A stretch of DNA of 63,975 bases, filler included, from Craspedostauros australis (lineage: Eukaryota): the NCBI GenBank assembly GCA_030167865.1. It is 5 parts of 5 records of this genome, joined end to end, with 100 filler letters (N's around TTAATTAATTAA, not from the genome) between each part and the next. Parts side by side here need not be neighbours in the genome. Positions count along the whole stretch, not along the records: positions 24,020 to 41,180 come from JALAGF010003662.1; 4 more parts are not named here. The stretch is one strand, 5' to 3'. Below, piece by piece: positions 24,093-35,612 of the stretch. The stretch's first letter is position 1; each line of letters starts with the position of its first letter. The notes under the pieces are model-generated. The model made no database searches. It saw only the letters and a list, made by a program, of their open reading frames with translations, and was not told the origin of the DNA. Both the position numbers and the translations under genes were made by a program.

Positions 24093-25802
24093 ATGCCGTT
24101 GTCGGTCTTTGCTGGGCCTGGGCGCGTGGAACCGTGGATCGCATCTACGTGCGAGAAGTGCTGCCTTGCCAATGGCCGTCTGCCGCCGAAAGATCGCAGA
24201 CCGAAGGTTGTCCAGGTGCTGAAACGACAATCACCGACCTTTTGGAATCAAAACACATCAATACGCAGCACCAATGCGACTACTCCTGCCACTGCTGCTG
24301 GTACTGCGACCACTGTGGATGCTGACAAGTTGGTCACTCTGGTGGTGCAAGATGGAAAGCACTGGACCTACGTCAGCCTTTCCAAGTCTTGCCAACAGGA
24401 TCTGATTGAAGAATCCAAAGCCACGGATGTTCTGCTGGACATGTTCTGCAAACCAGGGGCGCTCCTGGCTCTCAAAGAGTGGAAATACGAGATCTGGCGT
24501 CCTCAGCGTCCGACGAATCACGGCGGGACACAGGATCAGGGTGTGAGTAGAGGTGGGACCAACGCTGTTCCGACTTCGCAGCCCGCCGCTGGCGCTTGTA
24601 TCGAGACGCCCATACCTGCAACTAGTGCTGCTACTGCTGCGCATACAACCACGAGAGGATCAAGCAGTGATCAGCAGCAGCAAAGGCAACAGCGGCCATT
24701 TCCATACATATCTGTCAACAAGCTGAATGTGATGGATCACATGGGAGTTGAAGCTGGAGTGTACGTACCGCGCAACCTGCAGTGGGTGTTGGACGACGTT
24801 TGCATTCGTCAGTTCTGGTTTCCTGCCATGGAGACACCCAATAGCAGAAATGGACGGATTTGCGTCGACAAACTAAAGCGCCGATTTCACAACAACCAAG
24901 AGCCTGCGGAAGAAGAACACGACGATGGTGATGTTGATGCTCAATCGCAGCGGCAACAGCAGCAACCAACCAGTCAATCTGCATCAATCCCCAGAGTTTT
25001 GACGGAGGCTACGGCCAGAAACGTCACAGGCAGCACCACCGACAGCACCAGTATTGAGTTCTCTGGTGGTGTGGATCGAGCTGCAACACAGCCACAGGCG
25101 CGATCGGGGGAAGGCCAGACTACGAATGACGAAGGCAGATCATCGGTCGACCAAGGAGAAGGAGTGACGACACAACCCATCGACGAGGCTGACAGAGGAT
25201 CAGCAGTGGCTCTGAGTGACAACACTGGCGCTGATGCTGCTCCACACCTCAATCGTAAGCGCCGCATTGCCGCTGTCACTGCCACTACCGCCGCTTTTGT
25301 CGAGAACATCACGAAACATAGTGGCGGTAGGGCTGGCGACAACAAGAAGCAGAAGAGCGCTGTCGTTCAGCATCAAACGATCCCGATTGGCGATTTGGAG
25401 GCACTGTTGATGTCGAACGACTATTCGCAACTTGACGAGTTGATGAAACTTGCCGACGCAGCGTGGGAAAAGAGACCCACCAACCACACACAGCATGGCA
25501 ACTCTGGTAGAGAGCACGCGCCATCTCCAACGGCGAGGACTGCAAACCAAGACATCCCCAACGTCGCAAGTGGTTCGGATTCAGCCACAACGACCTCAGT
25601 AGTTCCCGTTGGTGACATGAAAGAACTGTTGGCGAACCAGGATGAACTGCAAGAGATCATGAAGATTGCTGACGCGGCACGGGAAGCAAGGTGGTATGTA
25701 CTACACGCTGCGAGCGCGGATAGCGGAACGCAATGTGCTATGGCACCATGCGCCTCAACCGTTCTGTTTGATATGTTGATTCGGTGCAATTCTGTGAGCT
25801 GA
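24093..25802 (+). CDS. Protein with a TPP1/ACD/Est3-like N-terminal OB fold and a disordered tail; 3' end probably spliced near 25690
   Basis: Ordered motifs EPWI...VVQVL...TLVVQDGKH...GALLALKEW...YISVNKL parallel the TPP1 OB fold as I recall it (RPWI...LLEVL...TLLVSDGTH...GRLLLLQD...YLQVDRF). A GTATGT donor lies near 25695. Confidence 0.6.
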   Translation: MPLSVFAGPGRVEPWIASTCEKCCLANGRLPPKDRRPKVVQVLKRQSPTFWNQNTSIRSTNATTPATAAGTATTVDADKLVTLVVQDGKHWTYVSLSKSCQQDLIEESKATDVLLDMFCKPGALLALKEWKYEIWRPQRPTNHGGTQDQGVSRGGTNAVPTSQPAAGACIETPIPATSAATAAHTTTRGSSSDQQQQRQQRPFPYISVNKLNVMDHMGVEAGVYVPRNLQWVLDDVCIRQFWFPAMETPNSRNGRICVDKLKRRFHNNQEPAEEEHDDGDVDAQSQRQQQQPTSQSASIPRVLTEATARNVTGSTTDSTSIEFSGGVDRAATQPQARSGEGQTTNDEGRSSVDQGEGVTTQPIDEADRGSAVALSDNTGADAAPHLNRKRRIAAVTATTAAFVENITKHSGGRAGDNKKQKSAVVQHQTIPIGDLEALLMSNDYSQLDELMKLADAAWEKRPTNHTQHGNSGREHAPSPTARTANQDIPNVASGSDSATTTSVVPVGDMKELLANQDELQEIMKIADAAREARWYVLHAASADSGTQCAMAPCASTVLFDMLIRCNSVS

Positions 25803-26038
25803 TCTCAACTTCTCTGATCGGTGCCCTTCTTCACTTCTTTGGTTCCTCTCTTAACTGAACCCTCGTTGCGTTGACTGACAGCCATGAACAACAGAACCGA
25901 TCTACGATCCAAACATCACTTCCATAACACACCATCTCATTGCGTCCGACAAAGAACTCCAGGTGGATCGATACACGGGAGTTGATCAACTTCTCCACTC
26001 CGCCAGGTGTTCGATTCGAAGCGGAGTCCATCGGGCTA

Positions 26039-26204
26039 CCCTCTTGTGACCAAAGCCAGAATCCGACAAAAAATGTTGCTTTCGCCCTGGACCACTCCCG
26101 CCCGACGGAAAAGTCAATCCCAAGCGGAGAGCATCATTGGCCCTCCTGGGTTCGCGACTCTTCCTGGCTGGGGGACCTAAATGCTTGTCTCGTGCGGGCT
26201 TCGC
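26039..26204 (+). repeat. 166-bp dispersed repeat, copy 1 (copy 2 at 36087-36252)
   Basis: Direct repeat at offset 10048 with about 5 mismatches by eye; both copies start TA|CCCTCTTGTGACC. Confidence 0.95.
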
Positions 26205-27014
26205 TGGCTATTCCACCCACGCAACCCTCACGCAAGAGTCATATTCTACTTCAGAGTGCAGCCTACATACTCCAAAGAGTCCACAATTCATACCTTCTCG
26301 CAGATGGAGGCACCAGGTGCTCGTGGTTTGCCACGAGGAAGTGACTCCCAAGTGAATGTGAAACATCGCCGAATCCCAAGCCCAGCACTCGTTGTGGCAT
26401 CAAGGTCGATTTCAGGCAACATCTAGCTGCCACCATTCGACACTCACGAACCTGGAAGAGGGGATGCGTTGTAGTCTGCTGCTGTGTTGCCGTCGTGGCG
26501 CCGCATTCTTGTTTTGCCTGGAGAGTTATAGTACCTCGTACTCTGCAACGGCTCGCACCGTGCTATCTCAGCTGTGTGATTGACCACCCCTCCTAATTTT
26601 GATGTTGCATCACGTCCGCACGCTTCCATCTCGTGGTCGCGTCGCCTCTGCGGGTGCTTGTGCGAACAATACGAGCTGATCGTCAGACCCCACCGATTTG
26701 TTCGCCGTTCTGAAAATTCATCTTCTTTCTGCAGAAGGGACCACACAGAACACCCAACGCAGGCGAACCCTTGAATCCCCAAAAAACTCGGATGCGGCCA
26801 CGAATGACACTTCCGCGAAAAGTCACCCAAACAGGAAAAAAGTCTCGCTCGCTTTTCTGTCGCGCGTGTATGTCTCAGCGGTATCGCACCTTGTCGCGAG
26901 GGGGCTTCACAATCAGACAACTCGAGGCTCTCGTTTCCATGAGGAGGTTGGCGCCATTCAGCGAGAACATCGTGCGAAGTACCATGACCCCATAATTTGT
27001 GCCACGAACAGTGA

Positions 27015-30000
27015 ATGTTTCCCCTCTCGGCGGAATCGGCATCGACGAAAAAGCAACTCATCACCACAATGAACAACAACATCACCACGAACATCACCAT
27101 GAACGCCACCATGAACGCCACCATGAACGCCACCATGAACGGCAAGAGAACAGATGGCTACGGCGGAGCATCATCGACGCAATCACTCAAATCATCAACA
27201 CCTTCTGTCTCGACCTTGGTGGCCGGCACCACTGTTTCTAACGCTTCCTACAGATCTGTTGGTTCCACGCGCTCCAAGGTGTTGGCACAGAAGGATTCAA
27301 AATCGCCCGATTTGTTACCGTCATCGCCGACATCGACCAGAGCGTCATCCATTAGAACATCTTCGGTGCTTCATGACACCGTCCTCACCTCCGGCGACGA
27401 CTTCTACGATGACGGATACAACGAGGTCGAGCTGGACACAGACCTGCCGAGCTCGCTCTTCAGCAGTCGCCGCAGTGGCAGCGATGATGGTACTGATGGT
27501 GATGATGGCAGAGATAGAATGTTTGGACGTGAGGAGGAGCTGCGAACACTCCATCGCACATTCAAGCAGATGATACACAATTCCAAATCAAAAAGAAATA
27601 GGGATAGGACAGGGACCACTCAGAAGTCCTCCACAAATACCACCCTTCCGTCTCAGACATCCATGGATGTGACCACCGATCGATCTTTCATTCCAGCCGC
27701 CTTCGTTTGGGGTACCAGCGGTACGGGCAAGTCCAAGCTCGTCGACGTCTTCTGTGATCAGTTGCTCCAAACGACCAATACCCGCAAGGGCAGAGGAGTC
27801 CGTGTGCTGAAGGGCAAGTTCCAGGAGCATCAGCAAGGCAACCCCTTCTCCGCCATCACCCAGGCGCTGTCCGATTGGTGCAAGCAGCTGGCTCCCTCGC
27901 ATTCGCCACTCACACTCATCAAGGAGGTCGGCAGCGGGGAGAGATATGAAGAGATGAGCGATGACGATGATGGCGATGATGAAGATGACGAAGATGTGGA
28001 TGTGGATATGGATGCAGATGGCCACCCAGCGAAAACAGCAGACGATCATCTCAAGACGGACAAGCAGCAGCACCACAGCTCGAGCCACTCATCCGAGCTG
28101 CAACGTCTCCGATCCATCATCAGATCAAGCAAGCTCACGATGCAACAGAAGGAAGTCCTTGTAGCATTCGTACCGGCGCTATCCATCCTCCTCAATGACG
28201 ATGACGACAACAGCGTCGTTTCCATCACATCCTCCAATGCACGATATTCTCACCTTCCACAGGCATCGTCGACAGACACATCATGGAATCAGTTCCAATA
28301 CACCTTCACTCAGCTCTTGACTCTCATCTCATCCAAGTACCACCCGGTGGTGATGGTGATGGATGATCTGCAATGGGCGTCACAAGAGTGCATGAATCTC
28401 ATGTCCACAGCCATGTATCAACCCCACTTCCTGTGGATTGGCACAATCCGACAAGAGATCGATCCGCAGTGTCTGGATGAGGTGATGGAGTTGGATGCTG
28501 GTCTTCCCTTCATGCGCCTCCTCGATGATATGCGGTTGCAGTGTGCACCAGCACCATCGGGACCGATGAGGACGATGACGACACCATATACCGACATCCA
28601 CCTGCAGAACTTCAGCAAAGAGGCACTGCGCGACTGGGTGTCGCAGCTGTTTGATCAGGACGATGATGTCGTGGATGAAACCACCGAGCTCCTGCACGAA
28701 CAGACCGCAGGCAACATCTTCCACACCATCCACCTGCTACAGGACATGGAGCGCACCAAGGCTTTGACATACAGCCGCATCACGTTCCAGTGGGAGATCG
28801 ATGCTTCCCGGCTCAGTTTCACTCCAAGTAACAACAACACCAACAACCACAACATCAGTGATGGCATGGGCGGCAGCGGTCACGTCGTAGCCAACGGTGT
28901 GGTCCAACTCATCACATCCAGACTACGATCTCTGCCTGTTCCATTGCAGAGAGCACTCGTGCTAGCGTCGTACATCCGATCCTCATTCGAGCTGGACGTA
29001 CTACAAGCGGTGTGGGACTACGAAGCACAGCACAGCTCCACCGGCGGTGACGTCCTTGCCACTCCTGGAGGCAAAGTCAACGAGGCCGACGCTGGCAAGC
29101 CGCTTGTAGAGTGGTTGGAACAAGCTGTTTTCGAGGGCCTCCTCGCAAACTCCATCGGCGCTGCAAGCTATCGCTTCGCACATGACCGCATCCAACAGGC
29201 AGCGCGTGATCTCGTGCCATTCGGAGAGGCGCGCATGAAGCTTCGTCTGCGGATCGGCCAGTGCCTGTGGGAATTCTGTACAAACACCATCAGCAGCGGC
29301 GGTGGCGGTGACTCGCCCAACACAGTCACTGATCGAGGAAGCGACAGTGGCATCTTCTTCATCGCAGCCGACCATCTCAACTGCGCCCCAACCAAGGATC
29401 ATCTGACATCGACTCGACGCAACCTGCAAGTCGGCGAGCATGCACTTCAGATTGCCGCTTTGGCGCCTGCTGCGACGTACCTCCAGCTTGCGAACACTGC
29501 ACTACGCAAGGTGAAAGGTAACCTGTGGCAAGACTACTACGATCTGACGATTCGATTGATGCGTGCTCGGTGTGACGTCGAGCTCTCTCTCAGCCGATTC
29601 GACTTGGGATATTCGTTGGGAAACGAGGTGCTTGAGCATGCACGTTCTGCCCATGACAAGCTCCCCACGTACATTGCCATGACGAAGGCCCTTGGTAGGC
29701 AAGATGATCATGCGGAAGGGTTACAGTTGGCCCAGGAAGGTGCCCAGATCTGTGGCGAGTATCCCAAGCGATGGTTTGCGTTCCATGGTTTATCGCAGCT
29801 TCTTTCCATCAGAGCCTACTTGAAGAGGACAACAGTGAAGCAGTTCTTCGAACAAAATCCGATCACAGACAACCCACAAACATTGCTCCCAATGCACCTA
29901 TTGGCGCAACTTTGCGTCCGAGCATATTCATGTCAAGACATAATGGCATGGATGGTGGCAGTCATGCGGACGCTGCAGATGACGAGGCGAGATGGCATCT

Positions 30001-31340
30001 GCGAGGACACTGCCGGCGCCTTGGTTTCCTTCGGCTTGGTCCAAGCGGGTATGGGCAAGTTTGCGAACACACGCAAGTCCGCTCAACTTGCAAAGGAGAT
30101 CACACGTAGGGTGGGCCGTGGGGCGAGGACGGAGGGATGGATATACTACGCCGTCGCCATGTATGTTGATTCGTTCTTCAAACCATGGAGTGAAGTCTCC
30201 CAGGATCTCCAGTATGCTTACACGTCGGCCATGGCAGTTGGCGATGTCGAGCTCAGCGTGCTAACCCTGAATGCGAACATAATGTTCTCGTTCTTCGATG
30301 GGCGCCCCCTCCCCTACGTCGTACCGGCAGCAAGGTCTCTCTTCAAGCACATGGAGATATACAAGATCGATGCGCGTCGGGGCACACTCGATGAATTGTT
30401 CTTGTTATACAACTGTATGCAGGGCAACATTGAATTGGAATGGGAGACAGTCATGGACGTCAACAAAGATGAACACACAAAGCCATTCGAACGAGGCGCC
30501 GCTTATTGGGGTCGCCTCTACATCGCGGTGTACTTCGGCAAGTTCGAACACGCGGAGAAGATGGATCATCTACTCACGACGAACGGCGTCAACGACCGCA
30601 GCTTTCCTTTTATGACGACCGTTCCCTTCCTGAGTGGTGTGATGGCTTCTCATCGATACCGACAGACAAAGAAGAAGAAGTACCTCAAGATGCTCCGGCA
30701 ACGAAGGCGGGAGCTGAAGAAGATCTGCGATGAAAGAGGAATCAGCGTGTACTATCTGTACTTGATTCTGCGCGCTGAATGGAAGGCCATCAAGGTTGGA
30801 GCCACAAGGTCTGCCGTCGTGGACACCTGCTACGACAATGCCATCATGCATGCCAGAGCCGGGCACCATCTTGGCTCAGCAGGGCTCGTGAGCGAGCTGG
30901 CGGGCAAGCAGCTGCTGAGGAGCAGCGGCGGCAAGGACCCTCGCATCCGTGGATACTTCACCCAGGCGTTAGGTTTCTACGAGAGATGGGGCTCCGTCTC
31001 CAAAGCCAAGAGCTTCCGTGAAGAGTACGGTGACTACGTTGATGAAGATCGTGTGCGCAAGATGAAGGTGGACAACAGCCTCGTCGGGCAAATCAAATCC
31101 ATCGATCTTCGTGATCAATCGCAGGAGTATCACAGTCATACGGGCCACACCCAAGATCTGATGTCACACGGAACACCAGGCAATGGATTTGCCCAGTGTG
31201 TTTCCGACATCATTTCTAAAGGGCAGGCAAGCAAGGATCCAACAGCGAGAACGCCGAGCGATGATAACACGAGAAGCAACGGATCGGCGGAGAGTGCTGT
31301 CGATGATGACGACATGTCTCAGCTGACAGACGCATCGTAG
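27015..31340 (+). CDS. AAA_16/STAND-type P-loop ATPase with a helical TPR-like C-terminal region
   Basis: MFGREEE, Walker A GTSGTGKS, Walker B MVMDDLQWA, GNIFH, YRFAHDRIQQAA and YERWG..SK. This is the architecture of the ATPase module of bacterial kinase/sensor proteins, a family expanded in diatoms. 1441 aa, intronless; (ATGAACGCCACC)3 near 27100. Confidence 0.88.
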   Translation: MFPLSAESASTKKQLITTMNNNITTNITMNATMNATMNATMNGKRTDGYGGASSTQSLKSSTPSVSTLVAGTTVSNASYRSVGSTRSKVLAQKDSKSPDLLPSSPTSTRASSIRTSSVLHDTVLTSGDDFYDDGYNEVELDTDLPSSLFSSRRSGSDDGTDGDDGRDRMFGREEELRTLHRTFKQMIHNSKSKRNRDRTGTTQKSSTNTTLPSQTSMDVTTDRSFIPAAFVWGTSGTGKSKLVDVFCDQLLQTTNTRKGRGVRVLKGKFQEHQQGNPFSAITQALSDWCKQLAPSHSPLTLIKEVGSGERYEEMSDDDDGDDEDDEDVDVDMDADGHPAKTADDHLKTDKQQHHSSSHSSELQRLRSIIRSSKLTMQQKEVLVAFVPALSILLNDDDDNSVVSITSSNARYSHLPQASSTDTSWNQFQYTFTQLLTLISSKYHPVVMVMDDLQWASQECMNLMSTAMYQPHFLWIGTIRQEIDPQCLDEVMELDAGLPFMRLLDDMRLQCAPAPSGPMRTMTTPYTDIHLQNFSKEALRDWVSQLFDQDDDVVDETTELLHEQTAGNIFHTIHLLQDMERTKALTYSRITFQWEIDASRLSFTPSNNNTNNHNISDGMGGSGHVVANGVVQLITSRLRSLPVPLQRALVLASYIRSSFELDVLQAVWDYEAQHSSTGGDVLATPGGKVNEADAGKPLVEWLEQAVFEGLLANSIGAASYRFAHDRIQQAARDLVPFGEARMKLRLRIGQCLWEFCTNTISSGGGGDSPNTVTDRGSDSGIFFIAADHLNCAPTKDHLTSTRRNLQVGEHALQIAALAPAATYLQLANTALRKVKGNLWQDYYDLTIRLMRARCDVELSLSRFDLGYSLGNEVLEHARSAHDKLPTYIAMTKALGRQDDHAEGLQLAQEGAQICGEYPKRWFAFHGLSQLLSIRAYLKRTTVKQFFEQNPITDNPQTLLPMHLLAQLCVRAYSCQDIMAWMVAVMRTLQMTRRDGICEDTAGALVSFGLVQAGMGKFANTRKSAQLAKEITRRVGRGARTEGWIYYAVAMYVDSFFKPWSEVSQDLQYAYTSAMAVGDVELSVLTLNANIMFSFFDGRPLPYVVPAARSLFKHMEIYKIDARRGTLDELFLLYNCMQGNIELEWETVMDVNKDEHTKPFERGAAYWGRLYIAVYFGKFEHAEKMDHLLTTNGVNDRSFPFMTTVPFLSGVMASHRYRQTKKKKYLKMLRQRRRELKKICDERGISVYYLYLILRAEWKAIKVGATRSAVVDTCYDNAIMHARAGHHLGSAGLVSELAGKQLLRSSGGKDPRIRGYFTQALGFYERWGSVSKAKSFREEYGDYVDEDRVRKMKVDNSLVGQIKSIDLRDQSQEYHSHTGHTQDLMSHGTPGNGFAQCVSDIISKGQASKDPTARTPSDDNTRSNGSAESAVDDDDMSQLTDAS

Positions 31341-31599
31341 TACGAGCTGTACGAAATGTAAAATGGGTCACGATACACTAGTTGTGGAGTTTTGGGGCAA
31401 TGACTCGTGTTAAAGTAGACTAAAATAGAGCACACCCAAAACCATCCAAACAACTGCTTATGATGTTATATCTCAACACCATATCGTTTAAAATTAAAAC
31501 TAGACAGTTCATTCGGACGCTTGGCTATCGTTTATTCTGAATATCGAAGTTTAATTTGTATGAACTTTATTTTTGATGTCGTTTTGGCTTGCTGTCTGT

Positions 31600-32560
31600 C
31601 AGGTGGTGGACGCCAACAATTCTCGATGGCACCATGCTGCCCTACCTTCAGCACCCATGATCATCATTATCATCCCTGGCATTTTCACAATCTGCGCACC
31701 ACATTAGCTCTGGATACCCCCCATCTATCCACTCCATGAAGATCCTGCACAGATAGGCTCATCTCATACTCCAAAGTCTCCCTGCACTGAAACGCAGAAA
31801 TTTCAAACAGCCGATTCCGACGCGGATGCCGTTCGTATTTGGATCCGTATCTCGTCGATACGATCCTTGCAGCTCCTCCATATGCCCCTCATGTGTTTCC
31901 ACGTTCTCTGGCGACACACTGATGTGTTCAGAATGGGTGGCAAGCTCATACCTCCAAAGGTACATCTCCATGTGATTATGCCACCATGGAGTTTTTGCGA
32001 CACCAAAAAAACCATTTTGTGTGCATCCCACCTTGCAGCCTCTTCCAGACCGTATCCGTGGAGAAGGCTCCGCCCTGGCCATCTTGAGTTGATTCCAAAC
32101 ACATCTGCAATGGGTGGTTTGGCGATCTGGGTGACTTGTGAATGGCGCCCATCACCAGCGAAGTCACGTGATGTGTCCGCCGCCACACACCAAAAAACTC
32201 TTGCCCTCCACTTGTTTCTTGCGGAGGGCACCTTCCAGGCCACCCCCGACCCTCAAACTTCGTTTGCATCTTCATAGCATCCTCTTGGATGCGTCTTGCC
32301 CCTCAATAGTCGTTGGTATGGCCTGTGCATTCCAGGCAGAGACCATATCCAATGAGCAGATTTTGCTCGGAATCGTGTTGTGTGCGCGTGGGCCTGCCAC
32401 GGCCCCAAATCGACCGAGATGACATCCCCCTCTGGCTCATCTACCAAGCTTTACATGGCGGTTCCGCCCATGTGCTCAGATCTTGCACTGGACCGCTGGT
32501 TGCCGCAGTGCCGATGATGCCGTTGGACGGCGCTTGAGGAGTGTTGTTGTGTTTCTCCAT
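31600..32560 (-). pseudogene. Decayed second ORF inside the transposon, divergent from the transposase
   Basis: ATG at 32560 after a CA-rich leader; reading frames broken by stops and frameshifts; weak ISXO2/Merlin-like peptides scattered across frames. The 3' boundary is approximate. Confidence 0.3.
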
Positions 32561-33064
32561 TGTCGTGTTGTTGTGTTGTGTTTGGTGTTCTCAACCAGTT
32601 TTTGCTGTTGGGGGGCATGGAGATTAACCACAATTCTACCGAATGTGCCAACCAATGAGAACACTTTGCGAGTCCCGAATTGCGCCTCCATTCCACAACA
32701 CCAACACTGTCCTCACAAAGTGGGCAACGGAAACACTGCGCATCTGGGACGAGCTGCTGTTGATTCTCTGCTGCTTGTGGTTATAGCTTGTACAACAATG
32801 TAGAATGACTGTGACCCTTCCACATGAGAGAGAGAGAGAGATAGAGTGGACGATACAATGCACCTTGTGACCGTCCTCCAATGTTGCCCATGCCCCCTGT
32901 GATGCGCTGCGCCGTGCTGTGCGTTGATGGCTGGTGATGCGATGCGCTGTGTCGCTGTCCTCGTGCTTCTGGTGTGTGTTGCGATGCGCCTTTCAACTCA
33001 ACTGCAACCTCCATCAACACAGCACACACCATCCTACAATCACTGTACTCTTCACCTTGCAAGC

Positions 33065-35612
33065 ATGCTGCGCGCTCGTGGCTGTGTGAAGGTGGCATCC
33101 CACCAGAACTCAAGTGGCAGGGTCCTCGATCTGGGCGTATGTCATGTCAAGTTCCCAACGAAGCTGACTGTTGAAGGTGCTACCATCAAACGCAATGAGC
33201 CTCTTGCACCAGGAGAGGTGGCAATGGTCATGGTTGCTCCAGTGATGGGGCAGAGCCGAATGTACGTTGTTCGTGAGGATCTGTGCACGCCACACAGCCT
33301 CGCTACCTTCGCACGGACTCCAAACGCTGGTGGCCTTGCTAAACCTTCCCTTCTTTCTCCCCAGCATTGCTCCATCGCTGCCACGTGTGACAACAACAAG
33401 CCTAAGCCCCCCACACCATTCCCAACTACCACGGAATCGCAAGAAGCCAGCATCACTGCTTTTCTCGAGGTCTCACGCCAGTAGAAAGAAACGGCAATCG
33501 CCCGTCTCATGAAGCAGATGAAGAAAGGTGCAACAACAAAAGGATGGTTGCGAAAGGATGGAGGGCGTAGCAACACTAAGCCCACCAATAGAAAGAAACA
33601 ACTTGGAAGAGATGAACAGCAAAACTACATTGTTCTCTACTTCAATTTGGGTGGGATCCCAGCCAACATGAAATTGATCGCCCACGCATGGGATATTGGC
33701 GCTAGCACTGTCGATCGCAACATCAAGAAATTCCAACAGAACAAGCTGGAATGGAAGAAGCGCAGCGACGCAGGGAGCACCATCTTCACCTGCTCCAAGA
33801 AGCAACAGCAATGCTTCACGCCGCGTGCCATCTTTGTGAAACAACTGCGGCTTAAACATCCACAACAACGGTTGACACCCAATGACATCTCTTATGCCTT
33901 TGACCATGCTTCGCTTGAAGAGCTGGCATCCGCAAAAGCCCTGTCTGATTCGTGGTTGGAGCGTGGTCCCTTCCTGCAATTTGAGCTCCAGGATGTGTTG
34001 CGACGATGCAATGGCGCAATCTCGTGGGACGATGTTGCACGCGAACTAGCAGGAAGGGGCAATGTCCAATGCATTTGCGCAAACACCATTCGAACATACG
34101 TGATGGGATTGGAGGGCAGCGAATACCATTCTACAACGATGCTCCTCAAGATCAAGGGTGTCATCAAGGTGAAGCGCGAAATCTGGGCCAAGGACTTCTG
34201 TGTGTTCTGGGAATCAGCTGAGCTGTTCCCGAATACGCAAGTTGTCCTTGTCCACATGGACGAGAAGTGGTTCTACTCTATTGTCGCTTGAAAGAATCTC
34301 AAACATGTGCCCCAGATGGGAGTTAAGCCTATCGAACACCCTGTGCACCACAAGTGCCACATTGAAAAGACCATGGCGATTGCATCAACAGCATGTGCCC
34401 CACCAAATAACTGTTTTGCGCAAGGAGGAAAGGCGTATCAGGTCAGCTTCCAACGTGTTGGGCGGATGGCTCCAGCGCAGAAGACCACGTACAAGCGAAC
34501 TTGGGTCTTGCCAACCAAGTACAAGCTCCTTCCAGATCCCACCAAAATCTCTTGGGAGAAGGGTAAACTGTATTTCCAACCACTGGAGATCACAGGCAGC
34601 AAGGAAACAGATGGTCATCGTGATAAGCCCAAGCCAAAGTACAGCCTCAAGAAATTCTTACGCGAAAAAGAAATCCCCCGCACTGGATTCGCTCGCCAAC
34701 AAAATCAAGGCCGAAACGGGCAAGAACGTGGTGATTCGGTACCAGATGGATGGCGCGGGGCCACACAGAGACACGGAACTACTCAGGTTCATCAACGAAG
34801 AGTTCGACAGTCGCGGATGGCACTTACGACTGCAACCACCAAATTCTCCCATCACGAATGTGAAAGACGATGCGACATTCCCAGCAATGTCGAAACAAGT
34901 GTCAGCACATCAAGGTAAGCACTACGGGAGTCGCATGTTCACCACCGATGCGTTGTGGAACGCTTGTGGAATCTGTTGGGAGCAATTTGGGCTGGACAAG
35001 GTGGCGTGTGCGTATGTTCGCCACCATCAGATCGCCTACGCAATTTGTGCTGCGAAAGGAGGTGACGAATTTGTGACGGAGTGCAAGGGACTGAGCATGA
35101 ACGTGCGGAAACAAACGTTCACTGAAACTGACGAGGACAGCAACGAGATCGGCGTTTCCATGTCTCACACGGACTTCGCGTTGGAGGAGGAGGAGGCAAC
35201 CAACGATACTGCCAAGAAACCAACCGCAACAGGCAACAAAGGCAAATCAGCTGACTTCAAATACGCCAAGCCCAACATCCAAGGTATGTACGATGATGCC
35301 CTCAAGGTGATGGCTGTCAGTGGACTGCAGTGCCTGAAAACGAACCTGCGAACAACCAGCAGCCTCATTCTGTTGCTGGAGAAGCAAATCGTTGTGACCA
35401 CCAAAGCCAATGAGGAGGCTGAGCAACAGAAGCAAGACGAGAGGAGAAAGAAGCAACCAAGCAAGAGCAAAGCCGAGGTCATTGAGCCTCACAACAACAA
35501 CAGCAAGACTGAGGCAGCACCCACCATGAACACATTCGAAGTGGCCATGTTCGTTGGCAAGACCGAGCATCACAACAAGGCAGAGCAGGATACCAACACA
35601 GCAGAGATGTAA
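33065..35612 (+). pseudogene. Mariner-like DD38D transposase pseudogene
   Basis: VHMDEKWFY, YQMDGAGPH and QPPNSPITNVKD (38 residues between the 2nd and 3rd Asp). In-frame TAG 33482-4, TGA 34289-91, and a +1 frameshift in the C run at 34675-9. Confidence 0.9.

Noticed and set aside
26039..26204. Repeat as an HDV/twister ribozyme, tRNA-derived SINE or snRNA (Sm-like ATTTTTTG on the minus strand)
   Set aside because: I could not build the HDV P1/P3/P1.1 or twister pairings, the B-box match is poor and the U4-like words are too short; left as an unnamed structured repeat.
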